Below, in pieces: positions 37,905 to 51,243 of a DNA stretch of 64,000 nucleotides. Both the position numbers and the translations under genes were made by a program. Below the pieces are notes generated by a model. It saw only the letters and a list, made by a program, of their open reading frames with translations. It did not search any database and had not been told where the DNA came from. Source of the DNA: Octopus vulgaris (lineage: Eukaryota); the NCBI GenBank assembly GCA_951406725.2, contig OX597823.1, positions 61,132,001-61,196,000 on the forward strand, in the 5' to 3' direction. Within the stretch, counting starts at the first letter, position 1; every line of letters begins with the position of its first letter.

Positions 37905-38865
37905 CTATATAGGTGTGTTTGCAAACAAAGACCTTTGTAGAAGCGGAATCATTCCTTTCCAATGCTTCCTGACAAACATGTCTTGCTAAGAGAAAGCACC
38001 ACCTTCTTTGGAAACCCATGAGGGCTGGTGACTGGGAAGGCATACGACCATGGGAAATCTGTTTCAAAGAATTCTTTCTGGCTCATTTATAGAACAAAAT
38101 GGTGAGGGCAAAAGTGACAATGATGCATACGTGGGTGTTGTAAGTGTGTGAGTGTGGTGTGTGTGTGTGTGTGTGTGTGTGTGTGCATGTGTGTGTGTGA
38201 GTGAGTGCATGTGTAAGTGTTTGTGTGTGTGAGTGTGTGTGAGCATGTGTATGTAAGTATGTGTATGCATGTTTCTGTGTGGGCGTGTTTATGTGTACGC
38301 TTGTATCTGTGTGTGAGTGAGTGTCTGTATGTATGTATGTGTGTGTGATACATCCATACAGCTTCCACCTACAAAAGTTTACACGCTAAGAAGGCGCATG
38401 CAAAGATGGAACCTGAAACCGTTTAGTTACAATGTAACTACCGTGACAGCACACATATGACTGTCCCTCTCTCTCACACACACACATACACGCACATGTA
38501 CAGACACACACAAGCTAACAGACACACAAACATGTACGCAACTTTAGTCTGTATATAAGAGACAACACAAACGTCCAATGCATTCATTTCAATTCTTGAT
38601 AATGAGACTGTGAAGGTCTAGAAATGTTGAATATGGATTTAGAAACTCTAATGTTCCAAACCAACCATAAAAAGTTAAGAAGAATATACGAAAAAAATCT
38701 AAACCAAAAAAAGATAAAATTTGAACATAATCACATATTTGATGCAAAACACACACACACACGTAGAAAGAGAAATACATATATATATATATATATACAT
38801 GGAAGTATATATATATACTTCCATGTATATATGTGTATGTATACACATGTGTATATATGTATACA

Positions 38866-38898
<33 letters not shown>

Positions 38899-39637
38899 GT
38901 ACACGCAGACACACTCACACACACATACACACACACACATACACGGTATTTCATGAATAATGTTTTAGTTTCTGTCTGTCCATCTGTCTTTTTTGTATGG
39001 ATGTGTGCATATATATATATACATGAAAGAGACAGACAGACAAGGAGACATATACACACACACACCACACCACACACATACACACATGCACACACACGCA
39101 CACACATGCACACACACACACACATTATTCATGAAATATTTTGTTTGTTACCGTTTCCGGTTGGTCATGTACACTGCATCCCCACGCACGTCTCTCACCT
39201 CTCACTGCCCAATACTTTTACACAAACCAACTTTTGGCACAGTTATTTGATCTTTGATGAACAACACAAGCCATCACTTCAAAGCATTTTCTCAGATATT
39301 TATAAGATTTACTCTTTTAATGTTTTCTTCAAATTTCTTCCACAGTTCCTTTCACAATTATTGTTTTACAGTTTCAATAATTAATTTTATCTTTGTCTTT
39401 CATATATCAAGTATTACATTTAATACATTTTTCCTGCTTTCTCTTCTTTATAACTGCTTCTTATACATTCTTAAACACTAAATCTCATACAAACACATAC
39501 GATAAAAATCATTGCCTAATGACTTGGTATGTATTTATATGTAACATTTATTCAATCTCATTTTATTTGCTCTCTTCTCTGTCCCTTCCAATGACAGGTG
39601 TTGCTATCAATATATATACATATATATATATATGTGT

Positions 39638-39850
39638 GGAGGCGCGTGGCTTAGTGGTTAGGGTGTCGGCATCATGATCGTGAGATTGTGGTTTCGATTC
39701 CTGGACCGGGCGACACGTTGTGTTCTTGAGCAAAACACTTCATTTCACGTTGATCCAGTCCACTCAGCTGGCAAAAATGAGTAACGCTGTGATGGGCTGG
39801 TGTCCTATCCAGCTGGGGAACACATACGCCATGGAAACTGGGAAACATGC
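39638..39850 (+). mobile_element. tRNA-derived SINE head and central region (family D)
   Basis: GGCTTAGTGGTTAGG...GTTTCGATTCC...CTTGAGCAAAACAC. Confidence 0.75.
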
Positions 39851-40156
39851 TACACCATCTATACACCCAACCATTCAATAGATAACATTTACCTCTTCTC
39901 ACCCTTGCTCTCTCTCTCTCTCTGTATATATACAGTAGCAAGGCACTGACTTGACCAAAATACAATACATTATTAATCTCTACTATGGTACTGAGTATGC
40001 TTTATTCCAACACTCTGCTGGGTGGTTGGTGTTAGGAAGGGCATCCAGCTGAAAAAATCCTGCCAAAACAGTCACAGAAGTCTGGTGCAGGCTTCTGCCT
40101 GGCTGGCTCCTGTCAAGCCATCCCACCTATGCCAGCATAGAAGGCAGACATTAAAC

Positions 40157-40204
<48 letters not shown>

Positions 40205-40325
40205 ATATATATAAAGTTAAATTCTGGATGGGAGACGAAAGGTAATCCCATAATCCAGCCATCCCCGTTTTTAATATATACTTCTCTACATCTTAGTGTG
40301 TGCTTCTTCTCTTGGATTTGTTTTC

Positions 40326-40371
<46 letters not shown>

Positions 40372-40424
40372 CATACATGCAATATATATATATATATATA
40401 TATACACACATGCATACATACATG

Positions 40425-40498
<74 letters not shown>

Positions 40499-40499
<1 letters not shown>

Positions 40500-41610
40500 A
40501 AGGACTGCTTTGGCCGGATTGTGTTCTGCCCTTACTTTTGAAACACGCATTGAGTCGAACCAGGGGCAGCTGATGAAGGAGAATTTTCCTTGTATTGTTT
40601 GTTCTCTACTCTGTTTTTTTGTTGTTAAAAAAAGTCCGTTTCCTTGTTTGATTTTATGTTTTCGTTTCTCGATGTGTTCTACGTTTATTTGTGGTGTCCT
40701 GTACTCTTTTATGCATGTATATATACATATAGATGTAGGTATGTACATATATGTATGTATATATGCATATGTTTTATTTATTGAATTGTTATTATATGAC
40801 TGAACGCACGCGTTGTTTTCTCTTCTCCAAGTAAGTTTTTATTTGAATAATTATGACGCGAACTCTTACTCTTTACTTGACATTTCCTCCCTGCCTGTCT
40901 GTCTTCCTTTCTACCTGTCTCTCTCCTTATTTGGTTTCTGGTTTCTTTTCCTCTCTCCCTCTCTCTCTCTCTCACTCCTCCTCCTCCCTCTGGCCGCTGA
41001 CCGGAGTGCTACTAAGCTTTCTTTCTGCCCGTGCTTTCAACAAGCCAACATCGACTTCTTCTGTCTCCTGCAAGCCGATTTTTCACATGCGTTCTAACGA
41101 ATTTTTCCACCGTCTAGGCTTAAAAAAAGCCCTTATTGTTGGTTTCCTTGTCCTGTTATTCTTTATTTGTACTGTTTTTTCTTCATTTGTATTGCTTTTT
41201 ACGTCCTGTTCTTGTCACTTATTTTACCCCTCTGCAAAAGAACTTCATTTAATTCCTTTTGCAGGAAGAACTGTTTCAGCCGGATAGTGTTCTGCCCTTA
41301 CCTTTGAAACACGCATTGTGTCGAACCAGGGGCAGCTGATGAAGGGGGATTTTCCTTGTATTGTTTGTCCTCTACTCTGTTTTTTCATTGTTAAAAAAAG
41401 TCCGTTTCCTTGTTTGATTTTATGTTTTCGTTTCTCGTTGTGTTCTATGTTTATTTGTGGTGTCCTGTACTCTTATATGCATGTATATATACATATAGAT
41501 GTAGGTATGTACATATATGTATGTATATATGCATATGTTTTATTTATTAAATTGTTATTATATGACTGAATGCACGCGTTATTTTCTCTTCTCCAAGTAA
41601 GTTTTTATTT
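40499..41610. mobile_element. Partial tandem (~1.45-mer) of a ~766-bp unit; terminal ~345-bp direct repeats (PLE pLTR-like)
   Basis: 40499-40844 matches 41265-41610. Both ends abut microsatellites. Confidence 0.75.
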
Positions 41611-42201
41611 ATATATATATATATGTGTGTGTGTGTGTATAGTGACAATTTACAAAAAAACAAAAGATGAAGACGGGTGTGTAAATAACAAACAAATGTA
41701 TTAATTTAACGCTAGGGAAGTGAGAAAGTCTTTTACGTTTCAACCCTATGCTGTTCGACAGAAAGGAACACAGAAATAAACAGGGGGAGAAAATAGAAAA
41801 ATTAGAAAAAGGTAAAGTGGCTAGCGATCTATCATAGTGAATGATTTTTTTTTGTCAAGAAAGGCAACTGAGGTATTGGAAATATATATATATACACACA
41901 CTGTCCAAACCATGTGACCATGGATAAGTTTGTTTAAGACAATGATAAGGATATATACATACATATGTATACACACATACCCAAACACATGTATAGACAC
42001 ATACACTTATATATGTGTGAATGTGTGTGTGTACTTCAATTTTGTATTTGGATCTTTGATGTGAAGTCATATGTTGAAACAATTCTTGTTTCATGGGAGA
42101 GTTGTTACACCAATATGTGTGTGTATTAATATTGGCATAGTGACCTCCCAAGACACAGCAAGATATGCATGTATACATACATATGCATGTGTGTGTGTTT
42201 G

Positions 42202-42234
<33 letters not shown>

Positions 42235-43372
42235 GTATGTATTCTTTTATTTGACTAAAGGTGGTGCTCCAGCATGGCCGCAGTCTACAGTTGATAGACT
42301 ACTCTAAGTCGACTAGATCAATCCCATTGCTCAACTGGTATCTATTTTATCGACTTTGAAAGGACGAAAGGAAAAGTTGACCTTGGCAGCAACTCAGAGC
42401 GTAAAGCTGGGCGAAATGCCACGAAGCATTTTGCCTGACATGCTAATGCTTCTGCCAGTTTGACACCTTTGGAAAATTAAATAATAATAATAAAAGATAA
42501 TAAGATGATCATTATCTCTGGTCTCCAAGACACTAAGCAAATGATAGATACATTTTTCACTATATATGGCACAGTTGTTTGCAGGTAAATTTTTAAACGA
42601 GTGAAATTGTACGCATCAATGCAAGATAGTGTAGACATCTAATCATATTGCAGTGCAGTTTTTTTGTTGTTGCTTACACACACACACACACACATGACAG
42701 GCTTCCACATAGTTTCCATCTGCAAAATCCTCTCACAAGGTATTGGTCAACCCAAGATTACTGCAGAAGACACTTGAGCAAGGTGCCATGTTGTGGGATT
42801 GAACCTGAACTTTCATGATTAAAAAAGTAATGTCCTGAATCACACAGCCATGCCTAGGGATATCCAAAGTAAAATTGAGTTCCTGCTTCACATTTATTTT
42901 GCAGCAGCTTAGCAACTGTCTTCTCAATAGCCCCAGATTCAACCCATGTTAGGCAAGTGCAATTCAGTAATTTAAAAGTGCACAGAGGTCCCTGAGATAT
43001 CCTTGAATCTGTACATGATTCAGAGTGATAAATTTAATCTATCATTCAATTTCACACTAGCACCTGGCTCTTTGATATCTTCAGCAGAATTCCCTCTACT
43101 GCAATCATTTGGATCAAGGTTTCTGTCTGAAGATAAACTGCGAATATAGTTTCTTCACTGCTTCTTCAGTCTTCTCCACCTTCAAGCACAAATCTAAGAG
43201 GACAGACATAAATATCATGGACAACTTCATTTCCTCTGAGTAAAACGGTAAATACATACATACATACATATATACATACATACATACATACATATATATA
43301 TGTGTGTGTATGTATGTATATAGATATATATATATGTATGTATGTATGTATGCATGTATGTATGTCTGTATG

Positions 43373-43416
<44 letters not shown>

Positions 43417-44938
43417 ACACACACACACGCACACATACACACACACACACATACACACACAAACACATATATGTATGTTTATATACATAAATATATAAAT
43501 GAAAATAAACAAAAAAAAATCCATTGAGATATTCAAACACCTCATCAATTTCTCCATTTGTAACAGGAATTAAGAAATGAAATGTGGCAAGAATGTTCAT
43601 ATATATACGTGTGTGTGTATGTGTGTGCGCACTCACACACACACACACACATATTTATATATCACAATGTCAGAAAATATCTCAAATTTACATACAACGG
43701 GAGTATTAAAGACACATGGCAATTTACGAAAGAAATGGATTATCGAAGCTGAACTCTACAATGATGTATATAATTTAGAACATTGTCTGTAATGCACAAT
43801 ACAACGAGAACAGAAGCTTAATTATTCTCTTCGTGTAACATTATAATAAACACTATTTTTATAGCTTTCTTTACATAGAATGTTTTTAGCTGAATGGTTA
43901 TTTACCAAGGTAAAAGAAAAAAAAAAGTGTAAAATGCTATGATTTTTATGAATTCACACACAACACCCCCTGCTGTTCCACATACACATATATGAATGCA
44001 CACACATACACAAATACACACACACATATATGTGCATGTATCTATACATACCAATACATACATGCACATATATATGTATGTATGTATAAATATATATGTA
44101 CGTGTGAGTGTGTGTGTGTATGTGTGTGTGTGTGTGTATACATAGAGACATAGATATAGATATTCAGCAATAAATCTGTTTCTTGTGTCATAGTTTAACT
44201 GATAATCTTTCAGTCTCTCTTCGAAATTGTCAGCTAAAGGCAACCCCCACTAGTGGTACTATCACTGAAAAAGCACCCAGTACACTCTGTAAGCCGCTGA
44301 TAAATTGAATAGTGCAAGTGACCATGTAAGACTCAAGAAGCCACCTTAGTCTTATAGAGTGCTCTTTAGTCTCTGAAAGGGGTTTTAGTTTTGGAAAGGG
44401 TTCTATCGATAACTTCGGTAGTATTAGTGATACTAGAAGATACACCCAGTACACTCTGTAAAATGGTCAGTTCTAGGAAAGGCATATCACCTTAAAATCC
44501 AAGCTGAGGTGAAAGCACTTTATCAAGGTGAGGTTGTCTGTCCCATTGGATCCTGTCTAGCTGTCCAGCCCATTCTAGTATGGAAACAAAAAAAATTACG
44601 AGGTGGATTTATGCACATTCATATAATTATACCTCTACACACACACATATAAATGCTCACATACACACACACACACAAACATCTGTCTGATTACCTATCT
44701 ATCTCTCTGTCTATCTATCTGTCTGTCTATCGCCCACAATCTCTCTCTATATATGTTTGTATGAATGTGTGATCATATATATGTTTAACCTATGCTAGCA
44801 TGGAAAACGGACGCTAAACGATGATGATGATGATGATATACATGTATATATGTAAATATATATACATATATGTATAAATATGTGTGTGTATTTATATATA
44901 TGTATATGTGTATATAAATATGTATATATATAAATATG

Positions 44939-44996
<58 letters not shown>

Positions 44997-45847
44997 AGCA
45001 TAAACATGCTTATATACATATATAATACATATATAATTAATTAAAAGTTAAGATTATCATCATACAGACATTACTAAACACCATGCACTTGTAAACAGCA
45101 ATTTAAAATAAAGGTAATTAGGTATCCACTGTCAAACCATACTTCTCTTGCTTACAAATATGACATTGAACTCATGCTATTACTAACATGCTATCTTGAA
45201 GATAGTTCTTTCTTAGTGACATGGTATACAATATAACAATTTAATTATACATATATATAAGTAAGTAGCTTGCTTACCAACCGCATGGTTCCGGATTCAG
45301 TCTCACTGCATGGCACCTTGGGCAAGTGTCTTCTAGTATAGCATTGGGCTGACCAAAGCCTTCTGAGTGGATTTGGTAGACGGAAACTCAAAGTAGCCTG
45401 TCATATATATGTGTGTGTGTGTGCTTGTGTGTCTTTGTTTGTCCCCCTACCATCGCTTGACAACTGATGATTTTGTGTTTACATACCTGTGACTCCGTAA
45501 CTTAGCAGTTTGGCAAAAGACACCGATAAAATAAGTACCAAGATTTTGAATAAAATTATGCATTATCTCATAAACTTCAAGATTTCAGTGATGTGATTTA
45601 TTCTTTTATTCATGTTTTTTTTTACTTGTTTCAGCCATTTGACTGTGGCCATGCTGGAGCACTGACTTTAGTCAAGCAAATTGCTCCCAGGACTTATTCT
45701 TTGTAAGGCTTGTACTTATTCTATTGGTCTCTATTTGCCGAACTGCTAAGTGACTGGGACGTAAACACACATTGGTTGTCAAGCGATGGTGGAGGTACAA
45801 ACACAGACACAAACAACAGACACATATACATATATATAAATATATAT

Positions 45848-46423
45848 AAAAGCCGTTCGATTCACTTCAACATTTAAGTTTAATTTGTCAAAATATTTTC
45901 GTCACTGTAAGACCGCGACCTGTTCACTGACAAAAATCCGTGCTGCATCTGAGAAAGTAACAGTTAGTTCATTATATATATGTACATATGTATGTGTGTA
46001 TGTATGTATGCACGTATGTATGTATGTATGTATGTGTGTATATGCACGTGCATATACACACATACATACATACATACGTACATACATACATACATACATA
46101 CACACATGCGTACGTACATACATACATACATACATGCATGCATGCATACATGCGTGCATGCATACATACACACATACATACGTACATATATATAACGAAC
46201 TAACTGTTACTTTCTCAGATGCAGCACGAATTTTTGTCAGTGAACAGGTCGCGGTCTTATAGCGACGAAAATATTTTGACAAATTAAACTTAAATGTTGA
46301 AGTGAATCGAACGGCTTTTGTGTGTTTCTTAAATGGCTTACAAACACCTTCCACGCTGCAATTGTTTTCATTTCAGCACACGATCTCAGATCAAATCACT
46401 TGCTATGCAAGTACATATCTGTA

Positions 46424-46430
<7 letters not shown>
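45848..46430. mobile_element. Inverted pair of a PLE-like repeat around a palindromic (TATG)/(CATA) tract; each arm carries a variant hammerhead
   Basis: 45848-~46020 is the reverse complement of ~46145-46319. Motifs at 45884-45934(-) and 46233-46283(+). Confidence 0.8.
46233..46283 (+). ncRNA. Hammerhead-like motif with swapped G3-C8 pair
   Basis: TTTGTCA-GTGAACA-G-GTCGC...GCGAC-GAAA-ATATTT-TGACAAA. Confidence 0.6.
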
Positions 46431-46479
<49 letters not shown>

Positions 46480-46501
46480 TGATAGATAGATATGTACATA
46501 C

Positions 46502-46534
<33 letters not shown>

Positions 46535-47115
46535 TATTTACATATATATATACACATATATATATATATATAAATACATACATATATAATAGGCTTCTTT
46601 CAGTTTTCCATCTACAAGACTTTGGCTGGCTTGAAACTATAGTAAAAAAACACTTGCCCAAGGTGCCATGCAGTAGAACTGAACCTGGAACCATGTGGTT
46701 GGGAAGCAAGCTTCTTACCACACAGCAACTCCTGCGCCTATGATTGTCTATTTCTATAAGACATTGTAAGGTAGGTGTAACAGGTCAGATCTGGTCAGTT
46801 TGAACATAAAACAGGTCAAATATTTGGGCCATATACGGTTTGTTTAAAAGCTGGTGAAGGCAAAAGCATTAAACAGTCAAAGTTTGTGAGTTTCTGTAGC
46901 AGAAAGCCATTCATTTTGATTCTGAGTAATCCTCAGATCAAAAATCTTCTCATTTGAATGCTTTCAACTAAGTGGACTGAGCTAAAGTCACCCAAAGGCC
47001 TGGTAATGGTGATGGTGCTAGACTGTTAAAGTCAGCAATGGATTTAGACTATTTTCCAAGAATTGTTATCAACCACTTGACAAGCTTCTGTACTTACTTA
47101 CCCAATTTCACTTAC

Positions 47116-47170
47116 AAGTCTCCAATCAAAGAACAAACCAATCCTGGTGTTATGTCTCTAATAAGAAGAA
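47116..47170 (-). CDS. Candidate coding exon (LLIRDITPGLVCSLIGD)
   Basis: Acceptor tgtcttcaacag and donor gtaagt. Only phase 1 to 2 is open, compatible with exon 25187-25339. Confidence 0.4.
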
Positions 47171-47555
47171 CTGTTGAAGACAATTAGATTTGTCTTTCAT
47201 TAGTCTACATCATCAAACACTAATGATAATAAACAATAGATGAAAATACTCATATACATGAATATACTTAGATACAGTAATATACCTACAAACACAGACT
47301 TGTACTTATATTGACTAAGTAATGACTAGCTGTGTGGTTAAATAGTTTGTTTTGAGCTACATGATTGCAAGTTTGATCCTATTGCACAACCGTGAATGAG
47401 TGTAATATATATACACATGTGTGTGTGTGTATATGGTCTTTTAAGGAGTTTTTGTCTCTACAACATAGTGAAGGCAACTTATAAAGGAGAAGGAGAAAAT
47501 AAATAGAAAAACCTTAGGTATCTTGTTCATTGAATATGAAGCACACACACACACA

Positions 47556-47584
<29 letters not shown>

Positions 47585-47595
<11 letters not shown>

Positions 47596-47763
47596 GAGGG
47601 TACTATTATTCATAGGTACCGCACGCTAGGAGGGACTCTTGCAGTCAAAACTTTGCTTTGAAGTTTTGCATTCGGTACAATTTGTTTATTTTAGTAGTTT
47701 TGACTGCAAGAGTCCCTCCTAGCGTTCCCTACCTATGAATAATAGTACCCTCTATATAATATA
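47585..47763. repeat. Inverted repeat, ~67-bp arms, 43-bp spacer, in (TA)n
   Basis: AGAGGGTACTATTATTCATAGG...GCAGTCAAAACT and its reverse complement at 47696-47763. Confidence 0.9.
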
Positions 47764-47865
47764 AATAAATATTTTCAAAGTGAAAAAATTTACAGATTTT
47801 TTCTCTTACAAGGTTTTTCACGCTAACTACTGATAATTTCTTATAAAGATTTTATCCTTAATTTT

Positions 47866-47914
<49 letters not shown>

Positions 47915-49442
47915 AAAATAAGACAAGGTAGAAAATTTTATCATGAAGAACATTTTAGTACTGGTTTCAGTCAGTGCAACTTTTTCAACTTAGAGTAAAG
48001 TATGAAAAACAATTAAATTGTGAAAAAATTAAATGAAATGTTTTTTTAAAAAAAATATATTTCCATAGTTTTCAAATGCAAGGGACATTTTCCTTTTTTC
48101 GGCCTGTCTCTGTCTCTCTTTTTTACTCTTGTGGGTTGACATATGCGCTCAACGTACCCTACAACTCAGTATATCCACGAACTCAGACATCCCAAATTAA
48201 AGAAGTATTTACCACCAAAAGCCCTACCAAGTAGCTTTATTCTGTGTGCTTTAGCTTCGTTACTATGGCAACAGTACGGATACTTATTGATCACACCATG
48301 TATATGGCAATTAAAAGAGGAAGGTATACCATACAGAACCAACTGGAAGAGTTGCATTTTGAACTTCAAAAAGTACCTATCCCATTATTGTTCTCATTGA
48401 TTTTAAAAGAAATGATTACACCTTCTTAGGCAGTTGACCCATGTGACTACATATTTGTAAATTTATTCAAAACAACTCAATCAGGCTTGTTATGTTTGCA
48501 TTTGATGGAAGTTTTTCCAGGGACGTTTCATCAGTATTCCTTATGATGATACATATTTATTATTTACTCAATAGCTCTATTTTCTATATTTATACCAAGA
48601 AAGTCTTTCCTACTGTATTGTACACTGTTTTCGCTACAACTAATATACCACTTTGAAAGGTGATATTTTAATGACATTTTTGAGTAGCCACTGATCACAT
48701 GTGAAATATCTTTCACAGAAATACAAAATATCCAGCAGTTATGATTATATCTTGGGGCTTTTGGGGCATTGATGTCTCTTTTGTACATTAGGTGTTTAGT
48801 AATTGCTTTCTTCTCTTGGTTTGTAGATGCATAGCTTTCAAAATGTTACATGATGTAGCAGTTAGCAAGAGAGTCCAGACTACACTTCTCGTCAATATTA
48901 CCATCTTAGTTAAGTGTATGAGAAGCATGACTTGTTTTGATATGCGGAATGTTTCTTTTACATGTCTTTTGTAGAGATACCTAATTGGTCATCAGGAACT
49001 GAGAACCTTTGGAAGAGTTCACTATCAACTGGAAAGATGTCATTCTCTTCACTTTTGAGTACTTGGTTCATCCTCATCACCAGTACCAAAACCACCACCA
49101 CCACCACCACCATCACCACCACCTCCACCGCCGCCACCACCTCCATTTAACATCCTTTTTTTCCTTACTGGCACAGGTTGGATTGTTCAACATGAATAGA
49201 TGAGCCAGAGAGCTGTGCTGAGCTCCAATGTCTCATTTGGTATGGTTTCTTTGTAATGCCAACCACTTCACATAGTATACTGGGTGCTTGTTTAATGGCA
49301 CCAGCATTGGAGAGGTCACCACGTCCCTTAAGACAAGACCCCTCAACTGAGAGGGGTACAATAGTATTGAGTTATTAGAAAGTATGAGAGGGAAGAGAGC
49401 AGGTATCTTGCTGAAGAAGCGAATACACGAGTTACCCACTTG

Positions 49443-49476
<34 letters not shown>

Positions 49477-49979
49477 GACAGAGAGACAGACAGATAGAAA
49501 CAGAGAGATAGAGAGATAGATAGGCAGAGAGACAGACAGGCAGATATACAGATAAAAACAGAGACATAAAGAGAGAATGATGAATATGAAAGACAGAATA
49601 GGAAGAACAGAAAAGAGGGATGGATAGGCATGTATTTATATTTGTGGTTCTTTTTTTTGGTTAATGCTCTTTGAGTAATACTATGTAGCACTCAAATGGA
49701 ACTAATCTTAAATTCTTTATCTTTATTTGCTTCTGAGTTAGAGCCTTTCAATAATATTAATTTCTTTTATTTGTTTGTCATTAGACTCTTGTCATGCAGG
49801 GGCACTGCCTTGAAGAATTTCTACTTGAATCAATTGACTCCAGTAGATTGTTTTTTAAAGCCTGGTACTTATTCCAGCAGTCTCTTTTACCAAACTTCTA
49901 AGTTACAAGGATGCAAACACACCAACACTGGTTGTCAAGTGGTGATGGGTGACAAACACACACACACAAAACACACATA

Positions 49980-51243
49980 TCAGGTCATCCCATAAGCTCT
50001 GTCCAATTTTACCTTTTTTTAAAATTGAATGAAATTTAATAGTATTTTAGAATGTCTAATGGAATCAAAAATTATTTTTATGCATTTGTGTACATTTAAA
50101 CTAATTAAATATTATTTTACAGAATAATAGAATTAAAATTTCTTTGATTAACCCTTTCTAACATGGAAGTATCCAAAGAGCATTTAAGGCACATAATGCT
50201 TTATGAGTACAAAAAAGAAACTCTGCAGCCAAAGTGACTCGAAACATACACTCAGTTTATAGGAAAGAATGCTTGAATGAAAGAACTTGCAGAAGTGGAG
50301 ATTTCAGCCTTGAACATTAAGATTAAACAGGATGTCCAGTTGAGTTTGATGATAAGCTCCTTGAGGTATTACTTGAAGAAAATCTTGCATTATCAGTTGA
50401 AGAATTGGCAATAAAGCTTAGTTCAAACCATACAACTGTACATCGTCATCTTCAACAACTTGGAAAGGTTCCTAAACTTGGAAAATGGGTGCCTCATGAA
50501 TTGTCCGAAAACAACTGCAAATCCTGAGTTGACATCTGCTCTACTCTCCATTCTCATGAACTCATTTCACCCTTTTTGGATAGACTTGTGACTGGTGATG
50601 AAAAATGGGTCTTCTATCGAAATGTTAAATGTCGTAAACAGTGGTTTGGTAAAAGGGGAAAAGCTCAACCAAAACCGAGAAGGGAACTTCATAGGAAAAA
50701 GGTTCTTCTCTCTATCTGGTGGGATTCCAAAGGAGTAATTCACTTTGAATTGTTACCACTTAATGCAACAATCAGTGCTCAAGTCTACTGTCAGCAATTA
50801 GAGTGTTTGAACCAAGCTTTGAAGAAAAAAAGACCTGCATTAGTGAATTGAAAAGGAGTGCTGTTTCATCAGGACAATGCATGACCCCACACTGCAAAGA
50901 TCACATCACAGAAGATTGAAGAGTTTAGTTGGGAAAAAATTCCTCATCCACCTTATTCTCCTGACCTTGCTCCTTCAGACTACCATTTGTTTTTAGTTTA
51001 CAGAATCATTCAGAGGACATAACTTTTGCAAGCTAGGAGGAGGTTGAAACTGACATTTCAGAGTTCTTCGCTTTGAAACCAAAAGAGTTTTACATTGATG
51101 GGATTAAAAAGCTTGTAAATACATGGAGGGAAGTCATAGATAATCAGGAAAAGTACACTGATGATTAAATTTCAATTAAATATAACATTTGATCACTTGT
51201 TTTCTTTATCCCAAATTCAGACAGAAATTATGGGATGACCTGA
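49980..51243 (+). mobile_element. Full-length degenerate mariner, 1264 bp, nested in a SINE microsatellite
   Basis: TIR TCAGGTCATCCCATAA / TTATGGGATGACCTGA, with TA TSD. Confidence 0.93.
50163..51168 (+). pseudogene. Mariner transposase pseudogene
   Basis: MEVSKEHLRHIMLYEY, WVPHEL, TGDEKWV, FHQDNA, HPPYSPDLAPSDYHLF; contains stops and frameshifts. Confidence 0.93.

Noticed and set aside
41335-41380. SECIS element (ATGAA stem)
   Set aside because: No 3' GA quartet partner or apical AA in the required spacing.
43665-43792. Possible PLE GIY-YIG tail (LRKKWIIEAEL); also IWQLKEEGIPYRTNWK at ~48302-48350
   Set aside because: Short, weak resemblance. No autonomous Penelope ORF is demonstrable in the window.
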